Shown piece by piece: positions 37,910 to 51,027 of a stretch of DNA of 64,000 nt. The notes below the pieces were generated by a model that made no database searches, was not told the DNA's origin, and saw nothing but the letters and a program-made list of their open reading frames with translations. Origin of the DNA: Owenia fusiformis (Eukaryota); contig CAIIXF020000001.1 of NCBI GenBank assembly GCA_903813345.2, positions 36,394,001 to 36,458,000 on the forward strand, read 5' to 3'. The translations under genes and the position numbers were made by a program. Every line of letters begins with the position of its first letter. Position 1 is the first letter of the stretch.

Positions 37910-40900
37910 CCGGACCATATTTTCTGGTTATAAATGTCAATAGACATGTATATAAATGAAGTCTCTGTGTAATTAATAGTTCATTGATATACAAAACCGT
38001 TCATGTAATACTGCAATGTCACCCAAAACCAAGGGAATATTATTTTAGAATTTTATTTTATTCTTTCACAAACAAAAATCAAACAGGTGTGATGATTCCC
38101 GTGGTGCTAAATCTCTAGTTATACTTCAAGTCAGCGAATCGAGTGCAATTATGCATGACAATATGTTTACATATTCTAATATTTAAAATGTATATACTAC
38201 AAATGGAACTATACTGCCCAGTTTTTATTATAAAGTCCCCTGGACATATATAACCAGAAAAGTAAGGATAAGTTGTCTCGGGGACAGAGGCAATGTGCGT
38301 TAATATTAAGAGTAATCTCATGAAAACGAGGAAACGAATGTGCCAATGCATTTTATGCAGAATATGGTAAAGAAAAATAGAAGAGTGGGAGTCGATCCAC
38401 ACCATAGGCAACAGCCAGAAGACCGTTCTAACCACTATACCAACGATGGTTGGATGCAAGCAGTGTTTTTTAATTCATTCATAAGATATCAAATAAGTAT
38501 ATATGACAGTACTACTATAGTACGACATCTATACATTTAAAAAATAAAGATAACAGATAGCACTATATAAAATCCCATGATTAATACAATATCATAAACC
38601 TATTAAACATACATATCAGTTGTTTTAATTCGTTTTAACCTGTTATCATAGGTTTATGTATAAGACATAATTATAACAATGAATGATACGGACTTTTTTG
38701 GAGTTTCTCCTCTGATACTTGTATAATTTGTTATCAGCTGTTATCAGCTGTTATATTCCATCTGGTTCAACTGGGAAAAACATATTATACTGGATGATAC
38801 ATTTCTCTGCTCTTGCGTATAATTTGTTTACATTAGGTTACATGTTGTTGACACAACGTGTTGACACTATCTTGTTGACATAGACATATTGAGTGTTTTA
38901 ATAAAAGCGGGTATTGATAAATTAAATTTTGACATTTGAAAGTTGTAATGAATTAATATAAATGATTTTTCAAAATAAGTCACCAGAAGTGATTAGTGCA
39001 GCAGTTGAAAGATATATTTTAGTTTTAGCATTTATAACGTGCTTGCAAAAACACGGGCGCCCATTTAGATTATTAGCGGTTTTATTATAATATTGGATTG
39101 CTTCAATACGCTCCATGAAAGAAAAATGTGGGCACTTTATTAATTGAAATCAATATGTCTTAATATTAAAGCTACATTGTTAACGGAGACAACGTAAGAC
39201 TGCGACATTTTAACCCATTTCAAAATTCGGTGTTTTTATTTTCCATAACTGCTACTAGTATTTGTGTGCCATAGTTATCTCAGCTTTCGGGAATCACGGT
39301 TATCGTGATTTAAGGGCAGTTTAAAAAATATACAAGGCGATGGTTCAAAATGGACAATTTTCAAAACTGCTCAACTTCACGTTTTTAAAGAATGCTTGCC
39401 CGGCGAGGGGTTTGCTATTGCGAGAGAACAAAAACTTTGAATTAGGATTTTTCCTAATACTTAATCATTAATACTTAATCATTAATCAACAACTTTTTAA
39501 ACCGTCTCTCTGATTAAATATCATGCCAATTAATACCACGATTGTGTTGACAGGATTTAATGCGATATGTATGGAATAATAATTTAATGAACTCAATTAG
39601 TCTAAATGATAAATAAGTTCATAATTTAGTCTTGGCTGACTAGTCTTGTATCATCAGAGTTGGATTGCGAATACCTCCCTAAATCAAATATTTATAATTG
39701 TTTTTATGTCTCTGATCCAACCACTAAAGTTTAAAAGGAAGACTATAGTGTCCCGTGAATTCATTATAATCATCTTAGACAATAGTGAAGCGGTACAATC
39801 GTGGGAGTGTTAATTAATCGGAATGCAAGTTTGATACAAAATAACTCCTGGATCAAATATTTAAATTTTACTAGAGTGCGGGGAGTGGAAACGAGTCTCC
39901 ATTCAAGCACTAAATATCAAAAGAAAGATTTCAGTACCCCTTAACTTCGCTCCCGGACTTCACTATTCACCACCTCCCCCCCCTTCCCCAATTATCTTTT
40001 ATGCCCCAGATTGTTCGTTTCTGTGCCCCCCCCTGTCCATGGCAAGTAAGTAATCTATGTGTATATCGGCTCCCTCCCAATGGTGGGCAAAACCAGATGC
40101 AGGCATAGACATTGACAAGGTGAGGGGATTAAAAATAAAAATAGTTTTATTTTAGGATCTGACTGAAATGTTTTGGCACTGTTCAACGAAGCGGTTTAAG
40201 GAATTAGAGGCAGAAATAATTCCTAGATGACCTGTCTTTACTGTAATCAAGATGCTACCTAACCGCAGTTTTAAAAGTTATCTATCTTTTGTGATAATCT
40301 AATACTACTTATAGATTGGTTTTCCAAATGTAAGACCCCGTATAAGACCCTTGTCTCTGATTGTGAAACATGTGTATGCATCAAATCCGAGGAATATTAC
40401 ATTATGTGAAACAATTCCAAAATGTTTTGTCTTGAACTCAATCAAATAGCAATATATTTCAACATGTGGAAATTGTTTATTAACGTAATGTCGGGCACTA
40501 TAGGTGAACGGGTTTTCAGTTTTGCTCTTTTTTGTCCTTTTGTCCTCATTTTTTGTCACACTTAATTTGTGTGCCTTATTTATTTGGACTTTGAATTTGA
40601 AAGGGTGAATTCACATCCAATAAAGAACACAATTACCCTTCGCATTCTTACATTGTCCGCATGTCAACCAAACGGCGACCGCACGGTCAGCCTGCCTTTC
40701 GCACCTCTCATACACGTGTACAAATTCTAAGATCATATTAATTACCATTGATTCCTCGTTTTCAATCCCTGGTTTTCAAAGCCCGTTAGATGTCAATTAA
40801 TGGAGATTTTTAAATGTGCTTTCATTAAACAGCCAGGAAAACTATTTTTCATTTCCCAGGAATCACATAATCCGTCAAAATTCATTTAATTTAAAATGTA

Positions 40901-41880
40901 TCTAATATATACAATCAGACAGACTGGCTATTCTAATCCGTTATGAAAAGCCATTTGTTTTCTCCTCTACAGGATGTTTCTGCGGAAGTTAATTTGTTTA
41001 TCTTAGTGTTTAGAGGCAATGTCCTTTGACGCTTTCGTGAAATAAATGAACTCTGTGATGGACTACAATTGTATATTTTTACAGGAACAGTTACCCGAAG
41101 TAGACCACTGTTACATTATTTTCATTTTAGGTCTCTCTAATTAGTTGCATTGCAGAAGTCTAATATTATTCTCTCCTGTGCCGAAGGTACTTATACCCGT
41201 AGCCAAGGGGGGGGGGAATGTTCAAGGAGTCCAACTCAGAATTCGAATTGAATACAAAATAAATTCATGTAAATACATAATGTCTATCCAAGTCTTCTTG
41301 CATTTTCTGAACTTCAAATGCGCCTTTTGATGTGTGATAACAAAATACTAAATAAATACTTAATGTTACTCCAGCTTGTTTTTATAGTAATTTGGCAATT
41401 AAACATGCATAAAGAGATAGCAATGTGTGTACTGTGTACAACCCGAATCCTCTCCCGATCAGGTCACGTTTTATATGTCTCTGATGTAATAACTGCCCTG
41501 TCAACCCTCATTCATTAGGCGTGATTGTTACGCATTTGCTGGAAAAATAGAAATCACGCATCAACCCCTCCCCCTGGCTACGGGCCTGCCTATAACCTAT
41601 AATACTCATATATTAAAACAAATATTAATTGATCCGTCTGTCTGATTAGATTTTGTTCCCTGACTCAAACCAGAGACATATAAAACATATATATTTTATA
41701 TGTCTCTGCTCAAACAAAGTCAACCCCGATTTCAGTTCTTAATTCTTCACTTGAAACGATATACCCAACATGATACAACATTAATTTGGATTAATTATAC
41801 ATATATAAAGCCTATTGTTATCAAAACCCAAAAATCCTCATCATATAGATATAGTTTTATTGATGACCAAAAACAGATAT

Positions 41881-42014
41881 CAGGGGCGTAGCCAGCTTTC
41901 AGTCAGGGGGAGGGGGTGCGATCGCCAAAAAGATTTCGGTTTTCAGTCAGGAGGGTACGATTGTGGCCTGAGCGATCGCACCCATCACAACCCCCCCCCC
42001 TGGATACGCCCACG
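41881..42014 (+). mobile_element. GC-rich MITE (CAGGGGCGTAGCCAG family)
   Basis: caggggcgtagccagctttcagtcagg...ctggatacgcccacg; partial siblings at 43739, 10993 and 63452. Confidence 0.65.
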
Positions 42015-43631
42015 GATATCTTGGCAACTTCCACGTTTACCCCCCCCCCCCTTATTATTTTTGCGCCCCCTCTAAATATCAGACCAATCAGGCGATGAGG
42101 CATGGATCAGGATACCCTGACTCCCAAGCTGTGCGACTTCTGGCAACCGCTACACCTATATTCCCGGGGGAAATGCTTTTTCCTTTGAAAAATTATCAAA
42201 TATGGTCGTGTGTGGGCAAACACGGAGGAGGAGGAGAGGGGTGCGTGCATTGCGTGCGATCCCTCATCAGTTGTGTACCTTATTTTTGTATGAATTTCTC
42301 CCGAACAGTTATGCTAGTGGGGTTATAATATTTATTTCTGTTTTCAAATGAAATAATTCCACCCTTGCCCGATTGGCTATAATGCACGAATCAAATAGCA
42401 TGGAGATCAGATAATTAAATCAATCAGATGAATTAACTTATTGTTTTCTCTGATTAAAAGGCGGTTTGAAGCTACTTTTATAGGATTTGTAAATTCGCAA
42501 TCAGACTGGCTTATTTTAATATTTAGTCAGTGCAAGAGGAGGGGACTATAATGTAGAAAATCGTTTTGATTTCGACACTAACTGAAATAATTTATCACAA
42601 TAAATTGTTAAATACGGAAACAGAGACCGGTTTAAAAATGAAAAGAGAGGCAAAAAACTCTATCATACAATGTAATTAAAACCCGGGAATTAAAAGCAAT
42701 TTTAGACTGTTAGATCTTCTGTAATCAAGGTGATGTTGGCGGTGCACTTCCACCGTTAGAAAAACAAAGACTAAGACAAAGACTATATAGCAATTAATCC
42801 TTTTGTAATCATTAAATGTTAAATGTAGATTATTATTATTTCGTTGGACAATGTTCAGACTTCTGACCAAGATTTATTCATTTATGTTTGTATTTAAAAA
42901 ATAGTATTTTAATCAGACAGACGTTCTAATTAGTTAGCCTAAATACATTTGTCCATCACCTTGTTTATTTTAGTGTTTAGCATTGTTTTTCATAACTTGA
43001 CGCTTCCATGAACAGAATGACTTTGAAATGAGTATTTATAATTTTAGCTTTTATACAGTACGACATGCTTATTGTATATTTCTATATGAACGTTGTAGTT
43101 ACAGTGTGATGTAACATTGCCCCCCCCCCCCAAATTACAGGTATACAACTTTTGGTCGGAATACTTTAACTTGCGATTAAAAGCAATTTTAGACTGTTAG
43201 ATGATTTCTTATGTAATCTAGGTGATGTTGGTAGACTTCCGCAGTTAAGAAAACAAAGACTAAGACAAAGAGAACTATATAGTAATTAATCCTTTTGTTA
43301 TCACTAAATGTTAGATTCTTTATTGGACAATATTTTGACTTCTGTCTCCAATTGTTATGCAGATATGTGTATATAATCATGTGAACAACATATTACGTGG
43401 AAATTCCCGTATTCATTCTCATAAGTCTTACAGCTATTTCGCAAATGACATGCATGTAAGCCTAAATAAAATGTGGACGTAATATTGCAGAACTGAGCGA
43501 AAAGAAAGGTTGAACAAATTAGATTAAGATATTTTATTTTTTAAATGCACAAAGGGCAACAGTTGAAGAGCAAAAATTAAAGGCGTTGTGAAATAGATCG
43601 TGCTTTTGTATGATCCTCTTCTATAGTGCCC

Positions 43632-43715
43632 TACCCTTTGCATTCGTTCGACTTCACTTCTTAAAAGAGAGTTTTGTCTTCTCGTAGTATATAACTAGAC
43701 TCTGCACGTAGCGTA
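43632..43715. mobile_element. 84-bp internally deleted copy of the TACCCT/9-bp-TSD family
   Basis: Both ends match 5752-6121; flanks atagtgccc and ctagtgccc (8/9 match). Confidence 0.75.
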
Positions 43716-44310
43716 CTAGTGCCCCTATTAGCCATGTACAGGGGCGTAGTCAACTTTCAGTCGGGGGATGTGGGGTTCGATTGCCAAAAAAACAATATCG
43801 GATTTCAGTCTGAGACAAATGGTCAAACATGAGTTTCAACAAACTTCTAGAATTACCTTATGTAAATATTTACGTTAGCTTGTTTAATTAAGGTCTGACG
43901 TTATGAAAACAAAGTGCCATTAATTTCTGAACCGTATAATACAGTATCATCTGTTTGGTCTCGGTATATTCCAGTTTAATTTGTATTATACAAAAAATGA
44001 TATGTATAATTTGTATTATACCACTTTGAAACCTGTTATAATAGAAAATGATATGCGTATAATACTGTTTAATCTGATCCTGACTTAAATTATATCAGGT
44101 TAAACTGGAATATATTTTGGTTTAATCGGGTATCATTCTCTAATGATATTTGAGTCCGGATCAGATGTTATAATATTGAATGATACTTTCTGTGATATTG
44201 GATTAAACAACAAATTAAACATCAATATAAGATGTTATCACAAGTATTAATCATAGGATTTTACATAGTGTAGGACCAAAATCTAGCGGGACAATCCATT
44301 CGTTCACTGG

Positions 44311-44467
44311 TGTCAGCGTATTTATAGTCCTGGATTATATTGTTTACCAATACAGAAAATATAGTCCGGTTAATACCACACACCCTAGGACACCAGGTCG
44401 GACCTAGTGTCCTAGGGTGTATGGTCCCCCGGACCATATATTCAGGGAGACTATATTTACTCTGACA
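44311..44467. mobile_element. Ginger-like MITE, second copy
   Basis: ctgg|TGTCAG...CTGACA|ccat; central palindrome around 44380-44420; same internal motifs as 37746. Confidence 0.55.
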
Positions 44468-45449
44468 CCATTACCACGGTGTTATAGCATGACGGTTACG
44501 ACAAGGCGATTTGCAAAATTTTGCGGTAACGATAACAAAAAATGGCGGATTGGAAAGGCAGCATATCCTCTTTCTCGCCTGTAGGCAAGATTAACAGATA
44601 AGATTTCGTTCCATTCGGTGACGTATATATGGATGGTTATAAAGACTGGGTCAAATCTGCCAGGTGGGCTACAAGAAGCAGAATATAAGCTACCGACTGA
44701 GATATCCAAGTTCATAATTTTTAGTCCATTTTCGTGTTTTCTCAGTATATGTGCCTCAGAGCCACTCAAACTATTAACAGTAAGTAAACTGTGTATAAAC
44801 AAGCCATAAAATGACAAATCCAGAACAGGAACGTGGTCATATTGTAAATAATAAGGTTTCAAACGCAATGTCGTTAGACGACTACGTATGAATTCTATGG
44901 AGGGTAACGTATTGCATTAGGGGAACATGGGGCAAAACGGCCCTCTGGGGCAAAGTGGCCCATCGAAATATCTTTTGAACTATAAAAAGATGGTTCTTCA
45001 AAAATCACAAAATCGAATTTTGAAATATCTGACACCTTCTCGAGCGTCCATTTTTTTTTGGGATAACCAAGCAGCGTCTCGCTTTACGTAAGGGGTAATT
45101 CTACTTTTCACCCTCTTTTTGGAAATTACCCATCTCACGAGAATCTCTAAAAAATCCGGCAACAATAGAATATCGTTTTGATTTAACATTTTACATAGAG
45201 TGTGCACATTTATTCTTTATTTGTAAAACTTTCGAGCTTCAAATATTAGGCAAATTAAAATGACGTCTATTTGAAAATTCACATGTCTTTGGGGCAAAAC
45301 GGCCCACACATGTTATAACATACAAAAATCGTATTGTGCAAGAGCAATTGGTTTTCAAATGTAACAATTTTAACATCTGGCTTGTGCCTAATTTCCTTCC
45401 GACACATATCGAATGACTAGAATTATGGTAGGGGTTAAGAATACTTTAT

Positions 45450-47032
45450 CACAGGCTGGTATCGAAAAATTTGTCCGCTGTGACGGAGCGTGCTATTTTG
45501 CATAGAAACACTAAGAAACCAACACAATTTATTTTTTTACTCATATGTTTCGCTATACCAAAGAAAGTTTCTTACTCAATGCAATGGGTATATCATTTGC
45601 GGGTAACTTTATCTTTTGTTTGAAGTCCAACAACGCTAAGAGTAAGAGCTATTGAAAACGGCGCCGGGGTACTTTTATTTCTTTTTAATGGTACAATATA
45701 GCGACACAATAATATTTACATATTTTTTAAGGATAACTCTGAAGGTATTAATGATATCTTGATGTATTGGGTATTTTTAATATTTTTTATAAAAAATAAT
45801 GTTTACATTTTTTGTCAGCTGTGACGGAGCAGTTTTAACTGTGGACTACGTTAAGAATTTAAGATTCAAATTATACCTTTTAAAAGTACCATAAGAAGAG
45901 AGAACGTCACAAATCACTTTCCTAAATTATGACAAGTAGCCTCTGAGAGATCTGGGGTAATGTAAATCTGAGATAGAAAAACTCTTAGCATTTTTCGGAG
46001 GTTTGTACTGAAATCAACATGAATCAACATGGTGTAAACTCAACATAATATTTCTAATACGTTTTCGCCAAGACGTCTTAGAATGTCACGTGTAGTGTAA
46101 ATTGTTACGCGGAATATGGCATACATTCATGGTTGCGCGGTATTTGTGATACGGGTGAATATGCCATACTCACCTGCGGTATATGGCATATTTTTGTATC
46201 GTGTTTACCGCGTAACATAAATAGGGATAATATGAATTTATTCGAAATAGCGCGCAGACATCCTGCATTCCGACAGATGTATAACCTTTTACCACATAAT
46301 ATTACTGTATATAAGTTACCATAAAAAATGACCATGTCAGGTGATGGATCCACAGTAGGCACAACGAAAGGCAAATACCCTATACTGAAATAAAGTTGAC
46401 TATATCATTTTCATGAGTTACCATGCATAACTTGGATTACAGTACAAACTGAGAAAAGAAGCTTAAAGAGTTGTCGTATATACATCTCAGAATTTGAATT
46501 GTGTACTTTTATTCCGTTTTATTTTTCAGAATACTTTAAGAAAGAGATTTGATACGCTCCCTCCTCTAACGTGTAGTTATAAAGAGATATATTATAAATC
46601 TAAATTCTTAACGTATTTCAGATTTGAAACTGCTCCGTCACAGCGGACAAAAAATTTAAACATTTTTTATTGAAAAAATTAAAAATACCCAATACATAAA
46701 GATCTCATTAATACCTTCAGAGTTATGCTGAAAACATATGTAAATATTATTGTGTCGCTATATTGTATCATTAAAAAGAAATAAAAGAATTGGTACATTT
46801 TGGAGTATGATACTCCGACGCCGTTTTCAATAGCTTTTACTCTTAGCGTTGTTGGACTTCAAACAGAAGTTAAAGTTACCCGCAAATGATATATTCATTG
46901 CATGGAGTCAGTAATTTTCTTTGATATAGCAAAACATATGAGTAAAAAAATAAATTGTGTGGATTTCCTAGTGTTTCTATGCAAAATAGCACGCTCCGTC
47001 ACAGCGGACAATTTTTTCGATACCAGCCTGTG
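45450..47032. mobile_element. Transib-like non-autonomous element (CAC...GTG ends, 5-bp TSD, long TIRs)
   Basis: tttat|CACAGGCTGGTATCGAAAAA...TTTTTCGATACCAGCCTGTG|tttat; inverted arms of about 480 bp. Confidence 0.8.
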
Positions 47033-47255
47033 TTTATCTGTCAAAGGTTTGAACGTCTGAGATAAGATGTTTGTGGACGAGTCTTGTAATTGATTAATTT
47101 TGGTTTCAAAACCCATGTAACAGAGGGTGGGCCGTTTTGCCCCACCCATGGGCCGTTTTGCCCCACTCTCGACAATATTTTTGACCATTGAAAAATCACA
47201 GAAGATAGTCCTAGGAAAGTATAAAACACTCGAAAAATGTAAACCACAAACCATT

Positions 47256-48290
47256 AACTAGAAAAACAGCAACTCCACGGAGTAGCAAATCCCACCGAAC
47301 AAAACATATTATGCTTATTATAGCTAGTGTAATGTTGAAATGTTTGTGTACTCTGTGATAGAAGCATGAAATTTGGCACAAAGTTAGTTTATACCATTGT
47401 TAACTAGATAACGGCAACTCCGCGGAGTAGCAAATCCCAACGAACAAAATATCAATTAGCGAATTCCAATCAATTATACTCATTACATTGGTTAAAATTG
47501 AAAAAATTAGATTTTAGAATTGCGAATTCCTGCAAAGCAGCCATTTTGAATTTTCTGAGATACAAATCTGAAAAATAATACCATAATTGTGATCTACTCC
47601 AAAATTCCTTCAATTTGAGTATAATATAGCCATACTTTGAAGGGATCAAAAAATTATTGCGAAATCGTACATTAGACGGCCATTTTGAATTTTACGAGGC
47701 TCAAATCAGAAAAAGATACAATATTTGCAATCTACTCTTAATTGCCTTTCATTTGAGTATAATAAAGCTATACTTAAGAAAGATCTAAAAATTAGCGAAA
47801 ATTTCTGTTTTCCTGTCCCCCCATAGACGGCCCCTGGGGGTCAGGATGAAAAACACAGAATATCTGTGAAATAGATAAATGTTGTGAATATACTACCAAA
47901 ATTTCAAACAATAATATTAATTACTTTGGTTCAGAATGAAAAATTTATGATTTTTGCGAAAAAGTCCCGTCATTTTTTAAGCGGCGGCCATCTTGAAAAA
48001 ATCTTTTTTTTCGTAAAACTATTCACCAATATACATCTTTCCACTAAATATGAAGAAAATCCGTCTACTAGTATTTGAGTTATCTTCCGGACAGACGGAC
48101 GGACTGACTGACGGACTGACTGACTGACGGACTGACTGACTGACGGACTGACGGACTGACGGACTGACTGACGGACTGACGGACTGACGGACTGACGGAC
48201 TGACGGACTGACGGACTGACGGACTGACGGACTGACGGACGGACGGAGGGCTTCACTATATCCCTACCGAACTTCGTTCGTTGGGATAAT
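47256..48290 (+). mobile_element. Helentron-associated HINE with (GACT/GACG)n microsatellite and 3' hairpin
   Basis: aactag start, duplicated at 47402; subTIR atcccaccgaac pairs with gttcgttgggat; microsatellite 48090-48246; hairpin 48260-48287. Confidence 0.85.
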
Positions 48291-48773
48291 AAAGCGGAAC
48301 ATCAAAGTGCGCGATGATTGACAGTTACGAAAATACCCCGTACAGCACAACTTAAAATTAAATTTTTTGGGCCGCTTTGCCCCATGTTCCCTTAGATGTA
48401 CATTAGATATTTAGCGGACGGTTACGTGCATCTACATCGTTCAAGTTAAGGTTGCTAGGTCTGATAGCCTCTTTCCATGCACTTGTTATAATGGGTAAGA
48501 AATGGAATATTGAATTGATTTTATTTTTGTTTTTAGGAGTCGCAAGAGACGCTCTTGTTTGAGCCTCTATAGGGCAAGGAAAAAATTGTGTCTTGCTTTA
48601 TTTATGAAACCAATTTAAGTGAAAAAGATAGCAATGAAGAGGCTAAAGAAGAATTAGCATCAAGTTCTGATGAATATGACAAAATTGAATCTGGGATACA
48701 TATTTGAACGAGGTTCGCATAACCGTCAATCAATTTTTTGCGCAACCGCAAATTAAAAATACAATATTATGGC

Positions 48774-49290
48774 TTAAAGGACAACTGAAATAGCTTTCCT
48801 CAACTTGCAGCTACAAAAATGCGGTTTTCTCCATTGTAAGCCCAACGTTGAGTTCTTGCGATAGCCATTATAAAATAAATGTTAAATAACTGCTAACGGT
48901 CATAGATAGCGAAATAGAACTAACTGATCAATCAAATTGGCCCCCACGTGATTAGTGACGTCATATACAAAATATAGCTTTGGTTTATTGATTCCTTAGT
49001 GATCACAACGTCACGGCAACCATAGGATTGTTGTGTAAACAAATAACAATACATTTTGGCATTATGACGTCATGATTTAATGGACCAAAACGGGCCACGT
49101 GGGGGCCAGTGAGAGATCACGTGGGGGCCAATAACGTCACAACCAATTCGAATATTGCTTATTAAGCAGCTATAACGATCGTTAGAGTGAAATAATTTTC
49201 ACACTTCTGATGAGAAAACATGTCCAAATACATTTATCAAAAAATTATATTGATTCCTTTAGGTTAAAAATACCATTTCATATCTGCTTT
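48774..49290. mobile_element. Possible Kolobok-like MITE (TTAA-flanked)
   Basis: ttaa|aggacaactgaaat...atttcatatctgct|ttaa, imperfect TIR; internal inverted ggcccccacgtg motifs. Confidence 0.4.
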
Positions 49291-51027
49291 AAGTAGAACA
49301 TATTAGGTGGTTTCCAATGCTAAATTGGCTTTTTATGATCGTTTGTAGGTTACATCTCTATACCCCGAGGTCGTTAGGCAATGTAGACCATGCCCTAACG
49401 ACAAAAATAAACAAATTACTAAATTTTGTGTAGTTTTCAATTTCAAACTCAACAGTTTTTCGCTTATTTTATGTTATCCCCGGGCATCAATTTGCAAAGA
49501 ATATGTTCAAAATATACATTACTAAATGCACCACCGAATGCGATGCCTACAAAAATCGTTCATCCTTTTATTGATACACTGTAGAAGAAAATAATGCACC
49601 AACCTTAGTTTTCTGTTCCATCGTGGCCATTTTATTGGATAAATCAGCGATCGTAGTCGTCTAATCTCGTTTTCAGACGTGTCGTAACTGTCATGCTATA
49701 ACACCGTAATTCAGGACCGTAATTACATGACTTCAAACATGCAGAAAGTCATCAAAATAAAAATATTTCAGAAGTTGACGGTTTCGTCTTAATAAATCGT
49801 TTTTTAAGAGTTATTCTATGTACAAGCTAATTAAAGATTCTGAAGTGCCATTTTATATAATCTTTAATATATTTTCACAAGTTTTATGATTATTTCACAT
49901 TTTTCGATATTTTACGTAAACATTATGTGGTATCTCAGGGCAACCCCGAAAAGTCTTTCAAAATCATGCATTTTTTTACCATTCTGAGCACTTTTCAGTG
50001 ATTTTGGCCATTTTTGAACCAGAGTTGTCAAATGTACGGGCCTGCACTTTACACTCCCTCTTGGGGGTCATAGCCACTGCACTATAACCTGTAAATATGT
50101 TACATTGATTTTGATACAAAGAATATTATATAATGTTATATCTGTCAATTTCAAGAAAATCACACCGCTACGTTTAAAAACAATTAAGGTGAAACATAAT
50201 TCTCAGTGTTTCACACAGATCATGCAATATGAATAACTGTACTACATGATACCATGATTGGGACAGCTGATCATACTGCGTGAATAAGGGAGGAAAGGAT
50301 ACCAAGTACCATTGGTTTAAGGATTTAAGCCCTGTACTCGTGCAATGTGGAAGGTGCTGCTTTCTAAAAACGAGATGCGCAGCAACACCTGAAAGGAATG
50401 GCCATTCAAAATACATCGAATTTTGGGCTTAAATTATTTTCACACATTGCAAAATATCCTCCCCCATGTCACTTAAAATATCCAAAATCACTAAAAGAAC
50501 ATATACACTATATACAGTGCGATTGAACATATACAACAGTTGTATATGAAACCTTTTGCAAGAGTCAAGTTTGCAAAGCAACAATTTCAATCTGTAGAGG
50601 CAAGTTGTCACCTTGACAACTACATAAGGAATGACCTTGGATGCGATGATTGGTCACATAATGTACTGCAGTTATACGAAATACTGTGTTCTGATTGGCT
50701 GGAATCGGACACACCTTGCACGTATGTGTGAATTTAATTTAATAACATCAATACTTTTCAATTTGTGTTATGAAAAGAAGTTCTTGGTTTAAGACTAAAT
50801 CACAATCATGAAAAAGTTGACAATACTATATACATCGTTATTGTTCTGTTCATTGAATCAGAATAATGCTGAAGGTAAGACGTGATATTACTACTAACGA
50901 TCTGGTAGGAATCTGTGCCTGGATGCATTTCATTCATTCTTTGTAATGATGCATATGATACACAGGCAATCAAGCGTCTAATTATATACAATTCAGTAGT
51001 GTGGAGATATTTTAAGTCCATGGATAT

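Larger units (their letters stand above)
38561..44270. mobile_element. Candidate CACTA/EnSpm-like element, or two independent element ends
   Basis: tag|CACTATATAAAATCCCATGATTAATAC pairs with GTATTAATCATAGGATTTTACATAGTG|tag; 3-bp direct repeat TAG; AT-rich subterminal repeats at both ends. Confidence 0.45.
44921..48391. mobile_element. Non-autonomous TIR transposon hosting two nested insertions
   Basis: TIR gggaacatggggcaaaacggccc / gggccgctttgccccatgttccc; flanks ttag and ttag; subterminal ggggcaaaacggccc repeats. Superfamily unresolved (TA, TTA or TTAG target readings are all possible). Confidence 0.82.

Noticed and set aside
48537..48710. Acceptor followed by an acidic frame (LFEP...SNEEAKEELASSSDEYD)
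   Set aside because: Frame is broken and sits among transposon debris; more likely a decayed element ORF than a host exon.
44478..49708. Inverted match between 44478-44890 and 49650-49708 as TIRs of one large element
   Set aside because: No TSD found; the right copy looks like an independent, internally deleted family member.
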